64,000 bases of DNA. It comes from Micavibrio sp. GTDB taxonomy: Bacteria; Patescibacteriota; Minisyncoccia; Moranbacterales; GCA-2747515. Positions 57,571-64,000 of this stretch are shown piece by piece; the first letter of the stretch is position 1, and the number at the start of each line of letters is the position of its first letter. The notes beneath the pieces are model-generated. The model saw only the letters and a program-made list of their open reading frames with translations, was not told where the DNA came from and searched no databases. The position numbers and the translations under genes are program-made. The DNA lies in the NCBI GenBank assembly GCA_020718085.1, contig DYDB01000002.1, positions 113,161 to 177,160 on the forward strand, given 5' to 3'.

Positions 57571-59217
57571 TTGCGTAATAAAATGATCATCGTATTTCTT
57601 CTCGCAGTGATCATAGGTGGTTTTGTGTGGTGGAGCATCGTACTCTATCGATATTTTACTGTGCCTGTGCCAACTTATGGCGGTCATTATATTGAGGCAC
57701 TTGTTGGGCAGCCGCGTTACATTAATCCATTACTTGCACATTCGTCATCGACAGATCGTAGTATGACACAATTGATCTTTAGCAGACTTTTTGATTATGA
57801 CGAAAGTGGTGTGTTGCAGCCAGAGCTTGTGGAATGGTTTGAGATAAGCGATGATGCAAAAGAATACACGCTTCATTTGCGACAAAATGTGCAATGGCAT
57901 GATGATGTGCCATTTACTGCTGATGACGTGATCTATACAACCGGTGTGATGCAGGATATCGCGTATGGTGCTGTAGGTGTAAGCAATGAAATGCGACTTT
58001 TATGGCAGGACGTTCGCGTGGAAAAAATTGATGAATATACAATAAAGCTTGTACTTACAGAGCCGAACAGCATGTTCGTACACAACTTAAATATTGGTAT
58101 ATTACCAAAACATGTATGGGAGAATATTAGTCCGGAACAATTTCAACTTTCAGAGCTCAATCAAAAACCGATTGGTACGGGTCCGTATGAAGTTGTGAAT
58201 TTTGATATTAATGACAGTGGTATTTCCTCCTATATTTTACGGGCCAATAGATCATACTTCGATGGTGAACCATATATCACGAGATTGACGATCAATTTTT
58301 ATGCAACACGAGATGAAGCAGTAATCGCATATCACGATGGTAAGGCATCTGGTGTGGTGGTGGATAAAAAAGAACATGTTGATCTCTTGGGAAGTATTGC
58401 AAAGAAAGAATCTATTGAACTCCCGCATTATTTTGCAGTGTTCTTCAATCAGACCAAAAGTGTGCCACTTGCATATGATGAGGTGCGCGAGGCATTATCG
58501 CGAGCAACTGATCGGAGATCGATCATTGCAGATGTTTTTGGAGAGGATGCAAGTGAGCGATATTCACCGTTCGCAGAAGGTGTTGTAGGGTATAGCGGTG
58601 AAAAACAACAGACGGGATTTGATCGTGAAGGTGCTAACGTTCTTTTGGAAGAAAAAGGATGGAAAAAAGGTGATGATGGTGTACGTGTGAAAGATGGAGA
58701 TCGCTTAGTGATCGCATTACACATTAGTGCAAATCAGCCTCAGTCATATCGCACAGCAGAGCTTTTGAAGGAGCAGTGGAAGGAAATCGGTGCAGAATTG
58801 AATATTCAAGAGCATGAAAAAGATGACCTGGAAAGAAATATCATCCAACCGCGTGATTATGACGCAATTCTTTATGCACATCAAATGCGTTTTGAACCGG
58901 ATCTTTTACCCTTGTGGCATTCACGTGAAAAAAATGATCCCGGTATGAATTATGCACTTTTTGCAGATAAAGATATGGATGATGCATTGGATGATTTTAT
59001 CAAAACAAAAAATCAGGATGAACAGAAAGAATATTATACGAAACAGCAGGAAGTGTTGCAAAAAGAAGTGCCAGCAATATTTCTCTTTGCACCTCGTGTA
59101 TCATTTATGCATAGTGATAAAATAAAAGGTGTTGATATACGGCGTGTCAATGCATCATTCGATCGTTATACAAATGTGCATAAGTGGTTTATTAAAGAAA
59201 AAAGAATAAAAAAGTAA
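57571..59217 (+). CDS. ABC transporter substrate-binding protein, family 5 (peptide/nickel-type), N-terminal TM anchor
   Basis: SBP_bac_5-like length and motifs. N-terminal hydrophobic anchor instead of a lipobox. Confidence 0.65.
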   Translation: MRNKMIIVFLLAVIIGGFVWWSIVLYRYFTVPVPTYGGHYIEALVGQPRYINPLLAHSSSTDRSMTQLIFSRLFDYDESGVLQPELVEWFEISDDAKEYTLHLRQNVQWHDDVPFTADDVIYTTGVMQDIAYGAVGVSNEMRLLWQDVRVEKIDEYTIKLVLTEPNSMFVHNLNIGILPKHVWENISPEQFQLSELNQKPIGTGPYEVVNFDINDSGISSYILRANRSYFDGEPYITRLTINFYATRDEAVIAYHDGKASGVVVDKKEHVDLLGSIAKKESIELPHYFAVFFNQTKSVPLAYDEVREALSRATDRRSIIADVFGEDASERYSPFAEGVVGYSGEKQQTGFDREGANVLLEEKGWKKGDDGVRVKDGDRLVIALHISANQPQSYRTAELLKEQWKEIGAELNIQEHEKDDLERNIIQPRDYDAILYAHQMRFEPDLLPLWHSREKNDPGMNYALFADKDMDDALDDFIKTKNQDEQKEYYTKQQEVLQKEVPAIFLFAPRVSFMHSDKIKGVDIRRVNASFDRYTNVHKWFIKEKRIKK

Positions 59218-59227
59218 AAGATAAAAT

Positions 59228-60259
59228 ATGAAGAAAAAAAATATGAGCATTGATAAAAGTGATCTTCGTCGTGTTATTTTATTGAGTGCTGACCAGTTTG
59301 CTGAAGGTAGTGCAATCGCAAAAGATGTTGTTATTTCAAAGAAGTTTTCTTCCATTGTGATCTCCGGCATGGGTGGCAGTGCTTTGCCTGCGAATGTTCT
59401 GCGTACATATATAAACCACTTTTTCAATCGTCATGTGGAATACGAAAGAATTTCTGTGTTTCAAAACCGGTATTATAAACTACCTCCGGAAGCATACAAA
59501 AACTGTTTGAATATCATCTGTTCACATTCTGGTAATACAGAGGAAACAGTTGCATCTTTTGAAGAAGCCCTAAAGAATAAGTTGCCGTGTGTAGGAATTT
59601 CTGCAGGTGGAAAGATCGAAAAGATGTGTGAAAAGCACGGTGTGCCACATGTGAAGTTGCCGATACCATTTGAAAATTTTCAGCCACGGATGGCTACGGG
59701 TTATTTTGTGGCTGTAATTGTACAACTGATGGTAAACGCAGGTAAATTGCCAAAGAGATCAGTTGCATTCAAGTCAATCGCAGAAAAATTACGCAAGGAA
59801 ATTGTGCGCACAGAGAAGCAGGGGCAAAAAATTGCAGATCGTTTGGTTGGTAAAACGCCAATTGTTTATGCTTCTACAAAATTCAAGTCGTTAGCGATGA
59901 TCTGGAAGATCAAGATCAATGAGCATGCAAAAACGCCGGCGTTTTGGAATTATTTCCCAGAATTAAATCATAATGAATTTGTGGGCTTTACAAATCCGCA
60001 GACAAAGTACTATGTGCTCATGCTTCGTGATCAACAAGATCATCCGCGAAATTTATTACGTTACGATGTAACTGCACAGTGTCTGGAAGAGAAGGGCGTG
60101 GAAACGGAGATCATTGATATGCCGGAAGGTGATCTGTTGTTTCGTATCTTTGCAACACTTGCTTTGGGAGATTGGATCGCTTATTATTTGGCATTGGCAT
60201 ATGGTCAGGATCCCACACCTGTAGACATGGTGGAGGACCTAAAAAAATCCTTAGGTTAA
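59228..60259 (+). CDS. SIS-domain sugar isomerase (bifunctional phosphoglucose/phosphomannose isomerase-like)
   Basis: SGMGGSALPANV SIS motif, ~340 aa. Confidence 0.5.
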   Translation: MKKKNMSIDKSDLRRVILLSADQFAEGSAIAKDVVISKKFSSIVISGMGGSALPANVLRTYINHFFNRHVEYERISVFQNRYYKLPPEAYKNCLNIICSHSGNTEETVASFEEALKNKLPCVGISAGGKIEKMCEKHGVPHVKLPIPFENFQPRMATGYFVAVIVQLMVNAGKLPKRSVAFKSIAEKLRKEIVRTEKQGQKIADRLVGKTPIVYASTKFKSLAMIWKIKINEHAKTPAFWNYFPELNHNEFVGFTNPQTKYYVLMLRDQQDHPRNLLRYDVTAQCLEEKGVETEIIDMPEGDLLFRIFATLALGDWIAYYLALAYGQDPTPVDMVEDLKKSLG

Positions 60260-60622
60260 AGGGCCTTGCATTTATTTGTAAAACATGCTATAGTGAAAGA
60301 CTGAATTACTACTTGCAACCATGATGCATGCTTTCATGGTTGGTAAAAAGCATTTTTCTTTGTACGTGGAAATAGACCTTTTTATGAAATAACCATACAG
60401 CCAGTGTAGTTTTTTGGTTTTATAGTTGAGGACTTACACGTTTGACGCATTTTTTTGTCAAACGTCGTGATGCTCGATGTCGTATGTTTACGTACGACTT
60501 ACTCCTGCATCCAAATGCGTAAGTTCTGATATAGTAACATTCAATTAAATTAATAATCAATTTTTTGATGTAACCGAAACTTTTTTTGGAATACATCAAA
60601 GAAACTTTATAAAAAAATTCAT

Positions 60623-62632
60623 ATGATGAATAATGAACAAGAGGATAAAAACAAAAAGGATAATCCTCATCAAAAAAGTGGTGTGCGCAGACATGCTAGC
60701 ACTAGTCGTGTTGTCGTAAATCGTACAGCACAAAAAAATGTGGAAAAGCTTCGTGTATCTTCAAAAAAGAAGGGATCACAGCAAAAACCGCAGTTTAAAA
60801 AAGAAGAAAAACAAGATGGTGGCAACGGAGCTGTTGCAGCAAAGAAACAAAAGAAAAAACGCATGGGCGGAGGGCGTATGCATGGTCCAAAAACAAATGC
60901 AGAACGTATCGTTTCTTCAACACAGAGCAATGGTGAAAAAAAAGGTGTGCACGTGCCAAAAGTTGAAAGTGGCACATTGCGTATCGTCCCACTTGGCGGA
61001 CAAGAGGAAGTGGGTCGCAACATGGTTGTATTTGAATATGGTAAAGATATTGTGATCGTAGATATCGGTATGCAATTTCCGGAAGAGGACATGCCGGGCG
61101 TGGATTATATTGTACCAAACGTGAATTATCTCAAAGGTAAGGAGCGAAATATTCGTGGTGTTATTTTTACACATGGACATTTGGATCATATTGGTGCCGC
61201 ACCGATCGTGCTTAAACAATTGGGTTATCCGCCAGTGATCGCGCGTGATCTAACTCTTGCACTTATCAAGAAAAAAATGGAAGATTATGATCCAGGATCA
61301 GCAGAAAAGATCCGTACGATCAGTGTAAAAAATATTGATCGCAAGATCCGTCTCGGGGAATTTGTAGCAAACTTTTTTGAAGTGGAGCATTCCATTATGG
61401 ATTCAATGGGTGTGGCTTTGGTCACGCCAGTAGGTACGCCGATCCATATGGGTGATTGGACAATAAATCATAATCCTGTGGAGGGTGAACCAATTTCCTA
61501 TGAAAAACTCAGTCAATTTCCTGAACCACGTATTTTACTTTTGGAAAGCCTCGGTTCGATCAAAAAAGAATCACACAGTGAACAAACTGTACAAAATAAT
61601 CTTGAGCAATTAGTACGAGAATCAAAGGGGCGCGTGATCATTGGAACATTTGCATCGCAGATCAAGCGTATCAAGCTTCTTCTTCAATATGCTGAGCGCA
61701 TTGGTCGCAAAGTTGCATTGGACGGATATTCTATGCGTACAAATATCGAAGTTGCACAACAACTTGGCTATTTGAAGATCCATAAAGATCTTCTCATACC
61801 GATCAATGAAATTGATCGTTATCCTGATAATAAGATGATCGTTCTATGTACAGGTGCGCAGGGCGAACATAATGCTGTGCTCAACCGTATTGTTACGGGC
61901 AATCATCGTTTCATAAAATTGAAAAAATCTGACACGATCGTATTTTCATCCTCTATCATTCCGGGAAATGAGCGTTCAATTCAACGTCTAAAAGATAATC
62001 TCTATCGCAAGTGTGATTATGTTGTGCATTCGGATATTATGGATATTCATATGGGTGGACATGCTACGGCAAAGGATATTCAAGAAGTGATCCGTACAGT
62101 CAAACCACAATACTTTATGCCAATCTATGCAAACTATTTTATGCTCAAAGAAGCAGCAAATCGTGCTGTGGAGGCGGGATTTTCTGAAAAGCGTATTGCA
62201 ATCCTTGATAATGGCGGTATGTTGGAATTTAGTAAGAAGGGATCGCGTATTCGCAAAGAAAAAGCTGATGCAAGTTATGTGTTTATTGATGGACTTGGCG
62301 TGGGGGATATCGGACATGTAGTGCTTCGTGACAGACAAATGCTCTCAGAAGACGGTATGTATGTGATCACAGTACTTGTGGATGGTAAAACAAAAGAAGT
62401 TGTGGGTAATATGCAAATTACGTCACGTGGATTCATCTATGTAAAAGATAACTTTGACCTTGTAAATGAAACCAAGGTTCATGTCAAAAAGGTGATTCAA
62501 AAATCCACAAGTAAAGACACTAAAATGGATTGGCGACAAGTGGAAAACGAGATCCGTGACCGTGTAGGTGAATATCTCTTTCAAAAAACTCAGCGCCGTC
62601 CGATGATACTTCCTGTGGTGATCGAGGTATAG
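60623..62632 (+). CDS. rnj: ribonuclease J (metallo-beta-lactamase/beta-CASP) with a ~110-aa basic N-terminal extension
   Basis: HGHLDHIGA motif, beta-CASP and C-terminal domains. The N-terminus is K/R/Q-rich. Confidence 0.85.
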   Translation: MMNNEQEDKNKKDNPHQKSGVRRHASTSRVVVNRTAQKNVEKLRVSSKKKGSQQKPQFKKEEKQDGGNGAVAAKKQKKKRMGGGRMHGPKTNAERIVSSTQSNGEKKGVHVPKVESGTLRIVPLGGQEEVGRNMVVFEYGKDIVIVDIGMQFPEEDMPGVDYIVPNVNYLKGKERNIRGVIFTHGHLDHIGAAPIVLKQLGYPPVIARDLTLALIKKKMEDYDPGSAEKIRTISVKNIDRKIRLGEFVANFFEVEHSIMDSMGVALVTPVGTPIHMGDWTINHNPVEGEPISYEKLSQFPEPRILLLESLGSIKKESHSEQTVQNNLEQLVRESKGRVIIGTFASQIKRIKLLLQYAERIGRKVALDGYSMRTNIEVAQQLGYLKIHKDLLIPINEIDRYPDNKMIVLCTGAQGEHNAVLNRIVTGNHRFIKLKKSDTIVFSSSIIPGNERSIQRLKDNLYRKCDYVVHSDIMDIHMGGHATAKDIQEVIRTVKPQYFMPIYANYFMLKEAANRAVEAGFSEKRIAILDNGGMLEFSKKGSRIRKEKADASYVFIDGLGVGDIGHVVLRDRQMLSEDGMYVITVLVDGKTKEVVGNMQITSRGFIYVKDNFDLVNETKVHVKKVIQKSTSKDTKMDWRQVENEIRDRVGEYLFQKTQRRPMILPVVIEV

Positions 62633-62662
62633 AATGCAAATATTCATGGTTTGTTAAAACGA

Positions 62663-62690
62663 AAAACCCGTATCTTACGGGTTTTTTTAT
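62663..62690 (+). terminator. intrinsic terminator after rnj
   Basis: aaacccgtatcttacgggttttttt. Confidence 0.7.
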
Positions 62691-62777
62691 ATGTAAGAAA
62701 TGTGATATACTTGCGATGTATAAAATAAAAATAAAAATGTCATCCTTGCGCCGTGCATGAATGACAAAATAAAAAAT

Positions 62778-64000
62778 ATGAATAACACATCTCAATTTTG
62801 TGCAGCTTTGACGCTGATGGTCGCAATATCTTTTTTATGCATCGGTGTGCATACAGCACATGCAGCACAAGCGGGGGATCTTGATCCGACTTTTTTGCAA
62901 AATGGTACAGATGGAACAAATACTGTAATTTATGAATCCACCATTCAATCTGATGGCAAGATTATAATTTGCGGAGAATTCACGTCTTATAACGGAATTT
63001 CCAGAAACCGTATTGCACGTCTCAATGCAGATGGCACGCTGGATACCACATTTAACCCTGGTACGGGTGCAAATAATATTATTGATGCCATCGCTGTTCA
63101 ACCTGACGGTAAAATTCTGATTAGTGGGAGGTTCACTGATTACAATGGCACTGCCAGAATTCGTATTGCTCGTTTAAATGCCAATGGATCACTTGATACA
63201 TCATTTAATCCTGGCACGGGTATGCCAAGTATAACCGATTACGTTGATTCTTTTGCTATTCAATCCGATGGCAAAATTATCATTGGTGGACAATTTTCTA
63301 CGTATAACGGTGTCGCCAGAAAGGGTATCGCTCGTCTAAATACCAATGGATCACTTGATACAACATTCAATCCGGGTACGGGTGCTAGTTCAATTATATA
63401 TAAAGTCATTATTCAATCTAATGGAAAAATTTTGATTGGTGGGGCATTTGTTACATACAACGGTACCTCCGCAAATCGCATTGCTCGTCTAAATAGTAAT
63501 GGATCACTTGATACAACATTCAGCTCTGGCACAGGTCCAAATAGTTCAGTTTTCGCTATGGCTGTTCAATCCGATGGTAAGATCGTAATTAGTGGAATGT
63601 TTACTACATACAAGGGCGCCTCTAGAAATTATATCGCACGCATAAACTCTGATGGCTCTTTGGACACCACATTTGATCCAGGCACAGGAGCAAATGGATG
63701 GATGAAATCAGTTGCTGTTCAATCCGATGGTAAGATCATAATTGGTGGGGATTTTACTACATATAACGGTAATTCCAGAAATAATATCACCCGTTTGAAC
63801 ACCAATGGGTCATTGGATACAACATTTAACACTGGCACGGGCACTAATAATGATGTTGTTGATCTCGATATGCAAGTTGATAATAAAATTATTATTAGTG
63901 GATACTTCACTCTCTATAATGGAGTGGCTAAAAAATACATTGCGCGTCTTGAGAGTATTACAACGACTCCTCAAACTTCTTCAGTAACCACAACCCCCGC
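62778..64000 (+). CDS. secreted delta-60-repeat (beta-propeller-like) protein; 3' end outside the window
   Basis: Signal peptide. At least 8 tandem ~46-aa repeats of DGKIIIGGxFTxYNGxxRNRIARLNxDGSLDTTFNPGTGAN. A T-rich linker (TTTPQTSSVTTTP) begins at the window end. Confidence 0.6.
   Translation, partial: MNNTSQFCAALTLMVAISFLCIGVHTAHAAQAGDLDPTFLQNGTDGTNTVIYESTIQSDGKIIICGEFTSYNGISRNRIARLNADGTLDTTFNPGTGANNIIDAIAVQPDGKILISGRFTDYNGTARIRIARLNANGSLDTSFNPGTGMPSITDYVDSFAIQSDGKIIIGGQFSTYNGVARKGIARLNTNGSLDTTFNPGTGASSIIYKVIIQSNGKILIGGAFVTYNGTSANRIARLNSNGSLDTTFSSGTGPNSSVFAMAVQSDGKIVISGMFTTYKGASRNYIARINSDGSLDTTFDPGTGANGWMKSVAVQSDGKIIIGGDFTTYNGNSRNNITRLNTNGSLDTTFNTGTGTNNDVVDLDMQVDNKIIISGYFTLYNGVAKKYIARLESITTTPQTSSVTTTP
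62990..63950 (+). repeat. DNA-level tandem periodicity (~138 bp) encoding the delta-60 repeats
   Basis: Recurring ggatcacttgatacaacattcaa / attgctcgtctaaat blocks. Confidence 0.5.

Noticed and set aside
1-64000. CRISPR arrays, transposases, integrases, rRNA
   Set aside because: No spacer-repeat periodicity, no IS terminal inverted repeats with a transposase ORF, no integrase/recombinase-like ORF, and no rRNA-like conserved stretches were seen. The only mobile-element-like signals are the tRNA-associated GIY-YIG insert and the tRNA-Leu 3' repeat.

Overview
This 64 kb window is a low-GC (about 40% by eye), densely packed bacterial chromosomal segment. Many proteins are shortened or divergent (RpoA without the alpha-CTD, a 500-aa Rel, a 349-aa Pgk), there is a desulfoferrodoxin, a giant S8 surface protease, and most accessory genes are hypothetical. 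That profile suggests a small-genome, likely anaerobic lineage (Patescibacteria/CPR-like); this is inference only.

Core content, in order:
- tmk (5' partial) and a long tandem-domain thyX
- a secreted M23 peptidase
- a tyrA-pheA-aminotransferase operon
- a metallophosphoesterase and a class IV aminotransferase
- a tRNA locus next to dnaX
- a MiaB-like methylthiotransferase
- a 1094-aa subtilase
- a DEDD exonuclease, desulfoferrodoxin and a KH protein
- an SDR epimerase, a nucleotidyltransferase and YvcK
- a wHTH regulator divergent from an ABC exporter
- a P-type ATPase, glmS, uppP, folD and an S51 peptidase
- tRNA-Leu, then parAB, a short Rel and rarA
- scpAB, dacA, mraY, pgk, eno, a PfkB kinase, ftsA-like and a 721-aa membrane protein
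- the alpha ribosomal operon end (infA-rpmJ-rpsM-rpsK-rpsD-rpoA-rplQ) plus rplM-rpsI, secG, an Opp-like binding protein, PGI/PMI and RNase J
- a secreted delta-60-repeat protein running off the window end

The most unusual feature is at 9.83-10.31 kb. A tRNA-Cys(GCA)-like gene appears split into a 5' piece and a 3' piece by a ~430 bp insert. The insert carries an intact tRNA-Gln(UUG) and a GIY-YIG (URI-domain) nuclease ORF, and imperfect 19-20 bp direct repeats sit at the junctions.

Other candidates:
- a consensus promoter driving a ~150-nt transcript with a 32-codon hydrophobic ORF and an alternative terminator/antiterminator pairing (6.52-6.71 kb)
- a tRNA-Leu followed by a direct-repeat copy of its 3' end
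- an rpoA lacking the C-terminal domain
- a 721-aa membrane protein where ftsZ would be expected

No CRISPR array, rRNA, transposase or integrase gene was seen.
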